The position numbers and the translations under genes were made by a program. The notes beneath the pieces were generated by a model, which had not been told where the DNA came from, did not search any database, and worked only from the letters and a program-made list of their open reading frames with translations. Of a stretch of 64,000 bases of DNA, positions 19,202 to 30,152 are shown one piece after another; positions within the stretch are counted from its first letter, which is position 1, and every line of letters starts with the position of its first letter. Source of the DNA: a phage; assembly GCA_026066175.1 (NCBI GenBank), contig GCA_026066175.1_4721.2. One strand, 5' to 3'.

Positions 19202-20494
19202 TTATTTTGCTTTCTCGGTTACCGCGTTGAAGTATTTCGCTGCAGCAAATACCGCCTCCGCATACTGACGGACAGAGGCACGGAGGATCTTGGTTCCTAA
19301 TACCGAGCTTAAACGAGCCATTTCTGTTACAGCCGCGATATAAGGACGTACGGTTTCACGATCGGCCTCAGGTAACTTGTCGAGCATTTCGCCCCACTTC
19401 GTTTTGATTTTCATTCCGTTGAGTTTAGCATCTCGTCCTACAGTGCTTGCCAAACTTTCAACTTTATGCAAATATGTCGGCTCCACCCTATGGAATGCCT
19501 TCAGATATGCCGTCAATGCGCTTTTCAGCTCATTCCCATCGTGGAAAATATTCACATTTTCGATATTATCTGTTACGGTGTCAACAACTTCGATATGAAC
19601 ATCCTTCACCAAAGCACATGCTTTAATGACATCTTTCTCTTTTTCTAACGCATCCAGCCCTTTAACGACATATTGTTTTCCGCCGCTTTCTGGAAGTCTG
19701 AACGCTCTCAGCGCAGCTTTAGTGGTCTGAAGATACTTATCTAGAACACTATCGAGCGTTGTTAAATCAGTTAGGACATTGATGTCGTAGTTGATGTCAC
19801 CGATCATAGTAAATAGGAAATCTGACGTCGCCGCACTTGCAGCTAATTGTTCGATATGTTTGCTAACGGATGTTGCATTAACCGATTTTGCGTTCGGGAA
19901 CATATTAACCATATTCCCGGTAGGCTTCTCTAGCTGCTTGATCTGACGTTCCCCTTTATTGACTTCGGATGCGATTTTGGTGATCTCAGCATAAGCCAGA
20001 ACGAGATTCTTGAAAAGCGTCTGGAGCAACTTAAACAATTGTTCAGCAATATTCGCGATGGTGACCCAGACCGCATACAGTGCTTGCGCTGCACGTTCCT
20101 TGAAGCCTTCCAGCACGATAGCTTGGCCTTCGACTAACTTATCATTAGCCTGGAACATGTCTTCATCAGACATACCCAGGTTAGCTGCCGATGTTGATGC
20201 GATTTGGCGGATAAGCGCAACGTCGCTGGCGCGGGCTTCTGTGATCGTTGATGCGATTACGTAGGCGGTATCTTCCAACGTTGCTGATGTCCGTACAGCG
20301 ATTTCAGCCAGTTCGCTGTTCTCGTCGATGCTGTCGTCGGTATGTCGAATCACCAACTCAACTTCATCTTCCTCAATTTCTGCGTTGGGGTCTTGTTGCT
20401 CGGGTGAAATCGATGCAAGAACATCTTCAGCGCTGAGTAGTGCGAGTTCAAAAGCGTTTTTATTGATGTTATCAAAAAGAGAAATACGGGCCAT
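19202..20494 (-). CDS. hypothetical protein, paralog family (430 aa)
   Basis: SDVALIRQIASTSAANLGM and VEGQAIVLEGFKERAAQALYAVW align with the 20504 gene product. Confidence 0.8.
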   Translation of the reverse strand: MARISLFDNINKNAFELALLSAEDVLASISPEQQDPNAEIEEDEVELVIRHTDDSIDENSELAEIAVRTSATLEDTAYVIASTITEARASDVALIRQIASTSAANLGMSDEDMFQANDKLVEGQAIVLEGFKERAAQALYAVWVTIANIAEQLFKLLQTLFKNLVLAYAEITKIASEVNKGERQIKQLEKPTGNMVNMFPNAKSVNATSVSKHIEQLAASAATSDFLFTMIGDINYDINVLTDLTTLDSVLDKYLQTTKAALRAFRLPESGGKQYVVKGLDALEKEKDVIKACALVKDVHIEVVDTVTDNIENVNIFHDGNELKSALTAYLKAFHRVEPTYLHKVESLASTVGRDAKLNGMKIKTKWGEMLDKLPEADRETVRPYIAAVTEMARLSSVLGTKILRASVRQYAEAVFAAAKYFNAVTEKAK

Positions 20495-20503
20495 GTGGGT
20501 TCC

Positions 20504-21823
20504 TTAACCTTTAGTATAGGCTTTAACGAGGGTGTTAATAAAAGAAGTTAATGCACGAAGGTACTGATAAGCGAATTGGTTTTCAATACGTTGCTCTTTA
20601 CTGCAGAGCATGATCGCCCGTTTCACCAGTTTGGGATATATTTCAACGTACGGTTTATAACTGTCGTCGTATTGCTGCGTATCGAATTTTTTCATGGCTT
20701 CATACTGCAGCTTTTCCATCTGACGAACACGAGCACGATCGAAGATCTTGGAGAACGCACGTCCGCGTTGGGTGATCGCAATCAGATCTTTCGCTAACGA
20801 AAGCGGTTTAACGCTACGGAAATCATCCGGTGTGGGTAGCGTGTAGTTTTCTGGATCGCTATCCCATTCGGTCGCTGCGTCTTCAACCACGACATCCAAT
20901 TTCAGATAATTTTCAATCGCGGCAAGAACGTTGTCTTTTGCCGCATTGAATTCTTTTAAGAACACAGCAGCATTAACATAACGAATACGTTTACCAGAAA
21001 CCGCCGGTGTAACCACATCACTCCCGTCAACGGAACCTCTGTTCTCCAATGCGGTTTTCAGTGTATCCAGAAACGACATGTAGTCCACAGGAAGTTGGTC
21101 AACACGATCTAAACGAAAATCGAATGTCTTCACACCAAGACCGGTGGTAAGGTCGTAACGTGCACCGCCTGCCATGATTCGGTTATAGTTCTCAAGGTTC
21201 TTCTTGATTTCGTCAACACCACCGACATGATTGCGATTGGAAAAGAGGATACGCCAACCGGCTTTGAACGGCACGGTAACCGTTTCTTCTTTACCTTTCG
21301 GAAGTTTTTCTAACGCTTTGATCGCATTCTGGAAATTGCGGGTTTCATCATAGATGATCCGCGTTAATCCTTCCAGGACAGCAGCCAGTTGCAGAACAAT
21401 ATCAACAATGATATCCCAGATCTTTTTCAACGCTCGAACGACGGTGTCTTTGAACCCTTCAACAACCAACGCTTCACCCACGGTGATGTTGTCAGTAGGA
21501 CGAAGCATTGCATCGGAAGGCAGACCTAAAGCGATTGAGGCGGATTCTTGAACGTTACGTACCAATGCAACGTCGCTGTAGTTAGCCGTCTCAATCGTTG
21601 GTGCAACATCAAAACTGATTTCTCGTAATGCTTCAACAGCAGGGAAAGCACGATCGAGCGCCTCTTCATGTTCATCGATGTTCGCTAAACGGAGTTCAAC
21701 CCCATCAGCGTCAATGACTTCGGTGGTAGGCTCTGCTGCAAGCGCCTCGGCAACGATGGGATCCTTCTCAAAAGCTTCAAGGCTAATATCGCCTTGTGTA
21801 GCAAATAGTGGTATACGTACCAT
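20504..21823 (-). CDS. hypothetical protein, paralog family (about 439 aa)
   Basis: Listed start 21847 is TTG; ATG at 21823 has a GGAGAC SD. Motifs SDVALVRNVQESASIALGL, VGEALVVEGFKDTVVRALKKIW. Confidence 0.8.
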   Translation of the reverse strand: MVRIPLFATQGDISLEAFEKDPIVAEALAAEPTTEVIDADGVELRLANIDEHEEALDRAFPAVEALREISFDVAPTIETANYSDVALVRNVQESASIALGLPSDAMLRPTDNITVGEALVVEGFKDTVVRALKKIWDIIVDIVLQLAAVLEGLTRIIYDETRNFQNAIKALEKLPKGKEETVTVPFKAGWRILFSNRNHVGGVDEIKKNLENYNRIMAGGARYDLTTGLGVKTFDFRLDRVDQLPVDYMSFLDTLKTALENRGSVDGSDVVTPAVSGKRIRYVNAAVFLKEFNAAKDNVLAAIENYLKLDVVVEDAATEWDSDPENYTLPTPDDFRSVKPLSLAKDLIAITQRGRAFSKIFDRARVRQMEKLQYEAMKKFDTQQYDDSYKPYVEIYPKLVKRAIMLCSKEQRIENQFAYQYLRALTSFINTLVKAYTKG

Positions 21824-21871
21824 GTGATGTCTCCAGTAATAATTCAAAAGATAAATCAGCGCAGCATAAGA

Positions 21872-21903
21872 CCCTCTCCCAACCCGGAAGGGAAGGGAGA
21901 GGG
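21872..21903 (-). terminator. conserved palindromic hairpin, variant CCCTCTCCC...GGGAGAGGG
   Basis: Between the 21926 stop and the 21823 start; preceded by GCATAAG as at 7913. Confidence 0.55.
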
Positions 21904-21925
21904 AATATGTCAGTTTACTAACTGA

Positions 21926-23257
21926 TTATTTCTGTGCTGCGTCAGCCGGTTTTTCAGCCGCCTGGCCGCTGTACTCTTTCAGCATTTTAGCAACGCCGTC
22001 CAGTACTGCGTTACCCGCCTGAACACCGTACTTCATCAGGCTAACCTGCGGGTTGATGTAGCAAGAACGTGCGTCTTTCAGTGCAGACAGCACAGTTTTA
22101 ACACGCTGTTTCTCTTGAGCAGAAACTTCGCCTTTCTTAGCCAGTTCAGCTTCCATATCGTCGCCGAATTTAACAGCGTCTTTGAAGCCCTGGGATTTCT
22201 TACCGATGTTACCTTTCGCAGCCAGCAGTTTATCGGCCAGCGCTTCAACGCTGTTGATCACCGCAGCCATCTGGTTCGGGGACAGTACATCGGCTTCCTG
22301 TTCCATCACGGTGATTGCGTTATTGCCGCGTTCCCAGGTCACTTTACCGTCGGTGGTTTTGAATCCCCAACCGTTCGGACCTTTCACATCAGCGATCGCA
22401 GGCGCGTTCAGTTTGTCGGTGTACTCAGTATGTGATTTAGACTTAACGAGTTCAACGAATTTATCCGCACGATCGTCAGCCGCCTTCATTGCTTTCTCGA
22501 AGGTATCTGCGATTTTGCTTGATGCACCAGCGATATCGATATCGCCAATATAACCGGTAACAGTGGTGCCCAGTTTAACTTTCGCGTTCTTCGGAGAGCC
22601 TTTACGTTTGGCGATCATTTCTTTCAGTTTAGCCGCACGTGCTTTCAGTTTGGTTGCACCGTCGAAGATACGATCGATGAACTTCACGAAGTTGTCCCAG
22701 GTGGATTTCAGGAAGTTCTTAATTGCAGTCCACAGTTTCTGCCACCATTTCTGTTCTTCCAGGAAGATCATGTTGGTTGCATCATAACGGGAAGCGGAAC
22801 CGCCGAAGCTTTCGAAGGAAGGCATGGTTTCCGGCAGTTTGAAGCCGATAGTACCACACAGACGTTTCAGATTACGCATGTGTTCTTGCGCGGTCTGTGC
22901 AGACATACCACCGTCTTTCAGATAGCTTTCGGTCGCAACAACGGTTTCCGTCATTTCGTCCATGGCTTCGTCCATGGCTTCAGCGGTTTCGTCGTCTTTT
23001 GCGATTTCGATAACAACAGCATCAACCTGCTCGATGTCACCACGGACTTCGATAGCCAGTTCGGTTTCAGCAGCGGTGTCTTCAGCGATTTCAGCACGTT
23101 CGGTCAGTTCAGCCACAACGGTTTCATCGCCTGCAGCAGCATCGGCTGCCGGTTCTGCTTCAACGGTTGCCGCAGCTTCCGGATCGATCTCAGCAGCCAG
23201 TTGAACCAGCTGTGCGTTAGATGGATTTGCGACAAGACGATCAAAAATAGAAGGCAT
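21926..23257 (-). CDS. hypothetical protein, distant member of the same paralog family (443 aa); probably abundant
   Basis: Strong optimal-codon bias; acidic N-terminal region; WQKLWTAIKNFL helix comparable to family members. Confidence 0.85.
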   Translation of the reverse strand: MPSIFDRLVANPSNAQLVQLAAEIDPEAAATVEAEPAADAAAGDETVVAELTERAEIAEDTAAETELAIEVRGDIEQVDAVVIEIAKDDETAEAMDEAMDEMTETVVATESYLKDGGMSAQTAQEHMRNLKRLCGTIGFKLPETMPSFESFGGSASRYDATNMIFLEEQKWWQKLWTAIKNFLKSTWDNFVKFIDRIFDGATKLKARAAKLKEMIAKRKGSPKNAKVKLGTTVTGYIGDIDIAGASSKIADTFEKAMKAADDRADKFVELVKSKSHTEYTDKLNAPAIADVKGPNGWGFKTTDGKVTWERGNNAITVMEQEADVLSPNQMAAVINSVEALADKLLAAKGNIGKKSQGFKDAVKFGDDMEAELAKKGEVSAQEKQRVKTVLSALKDARSCYINPQVSLMKYGVQAGNAVLDGVAKMLKEYSGQAAEKPADAAQK

Positions 23258-23300
23258 AATTTTGTTTCCTTTACAATAAATTGCACATTAGCTAATGCGG

Positions 23301-23326
23301 CTTAAGCAAGGCTAAAGCTTGCTTAA
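23301..23326 (-). terminator. hairpin CTTAAGCAAG-GCTAAAG-CTTGCTTAA
   Basis: 10-bp stem overlapping the stop of the 23323 gene. Confidence 0.35.
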
Positions 23327-23853
23327 AAGCCCTTAAAACCCGGTGCCATAGGTTGCCCAAACACCGCATTTAAAGTACATATGATGTCCTGGATGCCATT
23401 GTCCCAATGGAGCCAAGTACGCACCATCTCTTCGTCTGACAACGTGATATAACTCATAAGTTTACCGCTGCTTTCCAGACGTTGGTGTGAACTTAACGAC
23501 TGACGATCTGACCAGTTATCGATCAGCTGTCCTGCAATCTGAACGTTCGTGTCCCGTCGACCCGTGTGAATGAACCGTAATGTATCACGGATAAACTCCA
23601 GGCTCGCGAAGTTCAGGTTGGGGTTATGGCTGTTCATTTCCACCCAATCGGTGATGGGGTACATCAAACGATAAAGGGTAGAAAGTACCTGACGTTCATA
23701 TTTCCAGTCATCCAGAGGAGTACCATCGACCAGACGCTGATACAAACTTACCACGTCACGGTCGTAGTTCTCCTGCCGCTTTACACCGTTAACCGGGAAA
23801 CCAAAGAACCCAGTACCGTATAAAGTTAAAGGTACGTCACGGAGTGCACTCAT
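23323..23853 (-). CDS. hypothetical protein (176 aa)
   Basis: ATG start, ATGA overlap with the upstream gene. Confidence 0.7.
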   Translation of the reverse strand: MSALRDVPLTLYGTGFFGFPVNGVKRQENYDRDVVSLYQRLVDGTPLDDWKYERQVLSTLYRLMYPITDWVEMNSHNPNLNFASLEFIRDTLRFIHTGRRDTNVQIAGQLIDNWSDRQSLSSHQRLESSGKLMSYITLSDEEMVRTWLHWDNGIQDIICTLNAVFGQPMAPGFKGF

Positions 23854-24749
23854 ACAGCCGCCTCTTCTTTTCGTTTGATGTTGTAACGAAGTGTCTTCAG
23901 ACGGTCTTCATGATATTCGATCTGTTGTTGGATCTTCGGATCGTTACCCGCGTTCTGTTGCTGTTGCTTCAACGAAAGAATCCAGTATTCCAGCGCTTGC
24001 GCTTCTTCTTTAGCCACCTGTAATGCGGCTTCTTCTTTCTCGCTACGATAGATGCGGAAACGATAAATCCATGAGTTGGTCATCTGTGGGTTCCACATCC
24101 CCAGACGCATCGGGTCGGTATTACCTGCGTTGTATAATCCGTTACCCACACCGTCTTCATCAGAAACGATGACGTCAGGGATTTTATCCAGACCGGCAAG
24201 GATCTGTTGTTTCTGCCCACACAACACTTCGGTAGCGGTGGCGAAACCGTACATATTCGCTGTCAGGTAAGCGATGTCGTTTTTGGTGAAGAATTCACCA
24301 AGGGCTTTATCCCCACCAGGCATACTTTCACAGATGATTGTTGCGCGTAGCAGTGTACGAGCATAGCCGACGTAGAAACTCAAAGATTCAACAAGACGTA
24401 CCAACGCGGCTTCTTTGAAGCTCAACCCGTCAGCGGCAACATCGATCTCCAGGTTTTTATTCACACGTTTAACGATTTCTGGAATCAGATCAACCGCGTT
24501 ACGTAACGCGAGATGAACGTTTTCAACCCAGCTGCCAGAACGCACACGTGTTAAACGTTGATGGAGGTCTTTATCCGCCAGTTTCCATAAGGCGCTTTCC
24601 CCTTTCTGAAGAAGGGGTGCGGATGTTTCGTAGTAAGGGATGGCGGTGTTGCTGATTTCGTCGCGAATCGACTCCAGTGCGTCAGCAACGCCGTTGCGTT
24701 TAAACAGCGGTTTTAAACCGCGAATGAATTCTTTAAAATCGATCGCCAT
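23850..24749 (-). CDS. hypothetical protein (299 aa)
   Basis: ATG start. Confidence 0.75.
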   Translation of the reverse strand: MAIDFKEFIRGLKPLFKRNGVADALESIRDEISNTAIPYYETSAPLLQKGESALWKLADKDLHQRLTRVRSGSWVENVHLALRNAVDLIPEIVKRVNKNLEIDVAADGLSFKEAALVRLVESLSFYVGYARTLLRATIICESMPGGDKALGEFFTKNDIAYLTANMYGFATATEVLCGQKQQILAGLDKIPDVIVSDEDGVGNGLYNAGNTDPMRLGMWNPQMTNSWIYRFRIYRSEKEEAALQVAKEEAQALEYWILSLKQQQQNAGNDPKIQQQIEYHEDRLKTLRYNIKRKEEAAV

Positions 24750-24787
24750 GGATAAGCACCTATGCTATTTCAAAACGGTTTTGTATA

Positions 24788-25894
24788 TCAACGGATCTGT
24801 GGGATGTTTCCGGTGCGTAAAGCCTGAAGAATCGCCAACAAATCGGAACCTGAGGTTGAAGAACTGTTGGCTTTCTCCAGCTGTTTGAAGCTGACGGTGG
24901 TTCCCTGATCCATGCTGTGGAAATAGAAGGTCGCCATCTCTTCTGCTTCATCGATGATGATCAGCTGCATCGCAAGGGCTTCAGCCATGACTTTCTGACG
25001 CACGCTGTAATCCGATAAACGACGTCCGATCTTACGCTCGATGGCTTCTTGGTTAGCCTTAGAGATGATATAGGTGGAGGCGATGGCTCCAGAAGAAGGG
25101 ATCTTTGTGCTGGCTGCGGCTTTTGCTGCGTTGATACGCGCCGCGTTAACCGCTTTGCGAATACCTTCTTTATCCATACGCGAAATGCGTTTATGCTCAC
25201 GAACCAGATCACTCAACAGAATGATGTCACTCCAGAAGGACAGTTCACCCGCCATCATGCGATGCCAGCGTGCACGCCAGGTGTTCTGTGGGCCACCAAT
25301 CGCGAGAATAGAGGCGAGCACTTCTGCTGGGGAGCTTGCGATACGCATGCTGATGTTCAACGGCATTTTCATCGTGGCCTGACCATCGGTCAACGTAACC
25401 GTCAGGAACTTCCCGGTCACCGCGTTCGCATCTTTGTTCAGCATTTCAATGGCGGCATCGCTAGCACCGACATCAAGGCTATTTTTCTGTTTTCCTTGTA
25501 AGTTAAAGCCTTTCTCATCAAGGAAGACAAGACTTTTGCTATCCGCGCTTTCGAATGCGATTTTTGCGGCTTTACCGAACAGATCGGCGTTACGATTTGG
25601 GTTAACACGACCCAGGGTTTTATCCACGCTGATGTTACCGACCTGCATGATGGTATTCAACGCCAACAGATAAAAACCGGTATACATGTTTTCGGCGGTA
25701 CGCATGCAGTTGCCTAACGCATTGCGTGCGTCGCTGTAGTACAGTTCACGTTCGAAAATAAGCGGAGCAATGACACGTGACGGTTGCGAGAGTTCAACCA
25801 GCGAACCCGGCTGGATAAGTTTATTGACTTCGTAGACTTTAGCGATACCGGACGCAACAACGTTAACGGCGTCGGCAATTTCTGATGCTACCAT
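24788..25894 (-). CDS. hypothetical protein (368 aa)
   Basis: ATG start; first gene of the long minus block. Confidence 0.8.
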   Translation of the reverse strand: MVASEIADAVNVVASGIAKVYEVNKLIQPGSLVELSQPSRVIAPLIFERELYYSDARNALGNCMRTAENMYTGFYLLALNTIMQVGNISVDKTLGRVNPNRNADLFGKAAKIAFESADSKSLVFLDEKGFNLQGKQKNSLDVGASDAAIEMLNKDANAVTGKFLTVTLTDGQATMKMPLNISMRIASSPAEVLASILAIGGPQNTWRARWHRMMAGELSFWSDIILLSDLVREHKRISRMDKEGIRKAVNAARINAAKAAASTKIPSSGAIASTYIISKANQEAIERKIGRRLSDYSVRQKVMAEALAMQLIIIDEAEEMATFYFHSMDQGTTVSFKQLEKANSSSTSGSDLLAILQALRTGNIPQIR

Positions 25895-25929
25895 ATTGAA
25901 ATCCTTAGTTACAAATAAAGGAAAGAAGA

Positions 25930-27138
25930 ATGTCTAATTACTACGACCAAGCTATTCAAACCATTCAGGAGAATAATGCGTCGTTAACACCCGAAGCGGT
26001 GGAGGCGGCGGGCAACACAGCGTTATTCACTGATTCGGATTGGGCAATAGCGCGGAAGAATATTCGTACCAGTGTCGGTCAGGGGACATACGAGGACAGT
26101 ATCGCCAGACGGTATCGAAATGTCTCCCCGATTCCAGGGAACAGCCCGATTCCGATCAACCGCGATCATGCCGGTATCACCTTCTTTACACGACCCAATT
26201 TAAATCTTACCGACGCGAATTTAAAACGCGATCGTCGCTTATGGTCGTTACGTACGGATAACCCCAATAGTATCCAGGCGGTTGTCCGTGACTATTTAGA
26301 CCCTGTAGGAGCCAGAAAGCGTAACCATCGAGGACGTGCCATCGTCGACGAGCGCAATCCATTCATAAGTATACTGACGGATAACCTGACGGATATCAGT
26401 GGTTTTAACGACATGGAGATGCAGGTTTATCAAGGTAAACCCGGATTACGGCAAGAAACCGTGGTGATGGCCGACGGTTCGGTGGATATGTTTCAGCCTT
26501 ATAATCTTAACGCGACGTTCAAGAACATCATGGGTAACCCCATCATGTTCCTTCATTATATTTGGCTGATTTACATTGCAGGCGTGCATAACGGTGAATT
26601 GTCGCCAAGCCCGCAGGCCATCATCGATAACGAGATGGATTATTGGACACGGTGCTATCGCATCATTCTCGATCCTACTGGCATGTATGTTCGTTACATC
26701 TTTGCACCAACAGCGATGTTCCCTGTGGGGCTACCGATTGGTAACATGGCCAACTACAGCATTGATAAGCCATTCACGCAGGATAACGAACGTATCACCA
26801 TTCCGTATCAAGCGGTGGGGAACAACGCGTTCGATGAAATCCTGAAGGACGAATTCAACCGTTTGGTGTTGATGTTCTATTACGGTGATAATGATACCCG
26901 TACGTTCCTTGAGGACGAAGAGGTCGTCCCGATTTCACCCTACGAACGTCGGATTATGTCCTATCGTGTCGATATGTATCCCTTCATCCATCCATTAACC
27001 TCGGAGCTGCTCTGGTTTGTTCCGGCTGATGACTATAATGAATTCTATCTGGATCTTGAACCATCTGCATTACCGCCGGATACGTTCAGTCGCGATCTTG
27101 TCCGTACCACTATTCCGCAAAGTTACGAGGGAGAATAA
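25930..27138 (+). CDS. hypothetical protein (402 aa)
   Basis: ATG with AAGGA SD; stop overlaps the next start (TAAATG). Confidence 0.8.
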   Translation: MSNYYDQAIQTIQENNASLTPEAVEAAGNTALFTDSDWAIARKNIRTSVGQGTYEDSIARRYRNVSPIPGNSPIPINRDHAGITFFTRPNLNLTDANLKRDRRLWSLRTDNPNSIQAVVRDYLDPVGARKRNHRGRAIVDERNPFISILTDNLTDISGFNDMEMQVYQGKPGLRQETVVMADGSVDMFQPYNLNATFKNIMGNPIMFLHYIWLIYIAGVHNGELSPSPQAIIDNEMDYWTRCYRIILDPTGMYVRYIFAPTAMFPVGLPIGNMANYSIDKPFTQDNERITIPYQAVGNNAFDEILKDEFNRLVLMFYYGDNDTRTFLEDEEVVPISPYERRIMSYRVDMYPFIHPLTSELLWFVPADDYNEFYLDLEPSALPPDTFSRDLVRTTIPQSYEGE

Positions 27139-30132
27139 ATGAGCGTAACCAACAAAGATCTTGCCGAACAGCTCAATCGCTATATGCTCTCACCGATTGA
27201 GATGCAAGCTGTTGCAAGTGATATGATTCGCCTGGCCTCCGACGGAGAATTAACTTTGGTTGACCCAAGCTGTCCGTTTGTGTATCTGTTGGAAGTTGCC
27301 ACCGCCACAGCCGCCAACCAGAATGCGCGTGATGAGTCACGGGTGCGCGAACTGTATCCGAAGTTAGCAACGACCTGGAGCCAACTCTACCGTTGGATGT
27401 ACGATGAGTCTTACGTGGGCCGGTTCGCAACACCCGGCAAAACCGAAATCATCTATTCATTAGGTTACCAGGAAATCCTTGATCGCGCTGTTGAAATCCC
27501 AAGCACCGCCGCATCGAACGATTTAAGTCGTTCTTATAGCCGTAAGTTGGTGATTCCACGTACCACGGTGTTTACGGTTGCCGGTATGGATTTTGGGGTG
27601 CATTACCCGATTGAGATTCAGGTACAAGCGCACGATCAAATACGTGCTGTATATAACACGGATACCATCAGCCCGTTACAAACCCTGGAAAGCAACCAGG
27701 TTGAATACGGTGTTGTTCGTGTAAAAGCAGGTAAAGTGCTGGTGATGCGTATTCCGTTATACCAGTTTAAGACGTTAACGAAAGATGTGCCGTTTAACAG
27801 CGTTCACGGGATGAACAGCAGTATCACCTTTGAGGATCAATTCTATCATTGTCGTGCGTATATGTCATCGAACAACGATACCTGGACGGAAATCGCAACG
27901 ACACACAGCCAGCAGATTTACGATCCATTAACACCAACCATCGCATTACAGGTTGAAGGCAATACCCTGAACTGGCGCGTACCTGAAATCTACCTTTCTC
28001 AAGGGACGATGGATAAAAGCACGATACGGCTTGAAGTTCTCACCACGAAAGGTAAGATAAGTGTCGATCCGTCCGATTACGATGTAACGGATTGGAAAGA
28101 TAACTACATCGATCTGTCGCCAAAAGCAGAGCAGAAATACAGTGCGCCGTTAAGCGCATTCAACATTAAGGGTATTTACAGCGAAGGTGCGTTGTCAGGT
28201 GGGCGATCGGCGCTGACTTTTGAAGAACAGCGCGAACGCGTTATGGCGGGTGTGAACAAAACCAAGGTACCGATTACAGGAACGCAGGTGGAACTGGTGT
28301 TGCAAGACGCCGGTTACGGGATGGTCACCACGATCGATAACGTCACGAATCGTTCGTTCCTGGCAACGCGAGATCTTCCGCAGCTGAGCGACAGCGTACC
28401 GCAGGCAGGTTCGTTGATGGGATCTTTCTATACATCGGCTGCTGCGTTGGTGAAAAGCAAATTCGTTGCGGATAATGGCGATCGTATTACGATTAAACCG
28501 GATTGCCTGTACCGGGATAGTAACGGTAACATCACGTTAATGACAGATGACGAGATCGACCGTATTAATGCCGGGAACTCCGACGTCAAACTGAACGCGG
28601 TTAATAATGCGATGGTCATGTATAGCCCGTTCCATTACGTGTTGGACGCAACAAGTGATTTTGATATCCATGCTTATTACTTAGACGCACCGAAAATTGG
28701 TACGCAAGCGTTTCTTGATGCGAACGAAACCATCCCATTAACGGCGATGGTAACCGGTTATCGCCTCGATCGTAATGCTGAAGGATACCGTTTAAATCTT
28801 ATCGTTGAAGGTAACGACGCGTGGAAAGCGCTTGACGATAAGAACGTGCACGTGCAGCTTGCGTTCAACCCGCGCGGTGAAGGTGATTATGCAACGATGG
28901 TTGCATCGCCAACCACGGATGAACAGGGTCGTCGTTTGTTTACGTTTGATATCACGACGAACTACGACTTCACACGGGTGTTGGCTGATGACTCTACAGC
29001 GTACGAGCCGTATATCGCATTGACGTCTTTCTCGATGTATGAATCCACACCACGCGATTACTGGGCGTCATTACAACAGTACCTGGAAATCTTCCATGTG
29101 GTGACGGATTACGCGCCGGAGGACGTTGATGGTATTCTGCATAGTGCTTCCGACAATTACCTGGTTAAGAAACTGACGCTTCAGAATGGTTATTGCTTCT
29201 ATCGTGAACGCCTCACCGCAACCTTCGGTTACGATTTGGACGGTCTCTGGATGCGCTCAAGAACGGTGGCTTCGGAAATCACGTATAAGCGTTACACCGA
29301 GAACATTCCGTGGGTATACGAAGAAGATATTCCAGCTACGGATGAAACAGGTTCGGTGATCATCGAACAAGGTGATGGTGGTACGTTGTCAGTGAAATAC
29401 CTGCACCGTAAAGGGGATCCGAAATTAAACAGTGATGGTAGCCAAGCGTATCGTTATTTGAAAGGCGACATCATGAGAGATAATTACGGGAATCCTATTC
29501 CGGTCGATGAACGTGAGGTTCTGCGTAATCTGGATATGTTCTTTATTGACGCGTCGTATCTCCTGGCGAACGATACCGACGTTGCAGATTACCGTAACGC
29601 GATCCCCACACAACTGATTGAATGGATCCAAAACGATATCAGTACCTTCAGAACGTTCTGTTACGAAGAGACCGAGATCTCACTGTATCCGAAACAATCG
29701 TTGGGTTACGTCGATGTTATCGTTGAAAACGGGTTGGAAACCACACTGCCTGCTGCTTTGTCGTTCAACGTGACGTTGTATTTACCGGCGAAGCAATACG
29801 CTGACCTGGATTTACGTCAGGTACTACAATCGATGGTTTCTAAAGTCATCAATGAGTGCTTAACGTCGCGTACGGTAGCAAAAGCAGAGATGATTGCAAT
29901 GATCCGTGAAGAAGGTGGGGAAGATATCCTGAACGTTGAAATCGATGATTTCGGTCCAGGTAGGAACCTCAGTGTGTATACGGCGAAGAACGACGGTGTT
30001 CGTTGTGCGGTGAAGAAAGAGCTTTACGTGAAAGCAGATGGTATCTTATCTGTACGTGAAGCGATTGACGTGAGCTTTGTAAAACACGCACAAAGCAACA
30101 GTTCTGCATTAGCACAGGGTCTTCGTATCTAA
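27139..30132 (+). CDS. large hypothetical protein (997 aa), probably structural
   Basis: Long ORF coupled to the upstream gene; no enzymatic motif recognised. Confidence 0.85.
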   Translation: MSVTNKDLAEQLNRYMLSPIEMQAVASDMIRLASDGELTLVDPSCPFVYLLEVATATAANQNARDESRVRELYPKLATTWSQLYRWMYDESYVGRFATPGKTEIIYSLGYQEILDRAVEIPSTAASNDLSRSYSRKLVIPRTTVFTVAGMDFGVHYPIEIQVQAHDQIRAVYNTDTISPLQTLESNQVEYGVVRVKAGKVLVMRIPLYQFKTLTKDVPFNSVHGMNSSITFEDQFYHCRAYMSSNNDTWTEIATTHSQQIYDPLTPTIALQVEGNTLNWRVPEIYLSQGTMDKSTIRLEVLTTKGKISVDPSDYDVTDWKDNYIDLSPKAEQKYSAPLSAFNIKGIYSEGALSGGRSALTFEEQRERVMAGVNKTKVPITGTQVELVLQDAGYGMVTTIDNVTNRSFLATRDLPQLSDSVPQAGSLMGSFYTSAAALVKSKFVADNGDRITIKPDCLYRDSNGNITLMTDDEIDRINAGNSDVKLNAVNNAMVMYSPFHYVLDATSDFDIHAYYLDAPKIGTQAFLDANETIPLTAMVTGYRLDRNAEGYRLNLIVEGNDAWKALDDKNVHVQLAFNPRGEGDYATMVASPTTDEQGRRLFTFDITTNYDFTRVLADDSTAYEPYIALTSFSMYESTPRDYWASLQQYLEIFHVVTDYAPEDVDGILHSASDNYLVKKLTLQNGYCFYRERLTATFGYDLDGLWMRSRTVASEITYKRYTENIPWVYEEDIPATDETGSVIIEQGDGGTLSVKYLHRKGDPKLNSDGSQAYRYLKGDIMRDNYGNPIPVDEREVLRNLDMFFIDASYLLANDTDVADYRNAIPTQLIEWIQNDISTFRTFCYEETEISLYPKQSLGYVDVIVENGLETTLPAALSFNVTLYLPAKQYADLDLRQVLQSMVSKVINECLTSRTVAKAEMIAMIREEGGEDILNVEIDDFGPGRNLSVYTAKNDGVRCAVKKELYVKADGILSVREAIDVSFVKHAQSNSSALAQGLRI

Positions 30133-30152
30133 AACAAATAGCGCAAACATAA

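Noticed and set aside
27418-27444. Walker-A-like GRFATPGKT in the 997-aa protein
   Set aside because: Spacing is G-x5-GKT, not G-x4-GK(S/T), and no Walker B follows.
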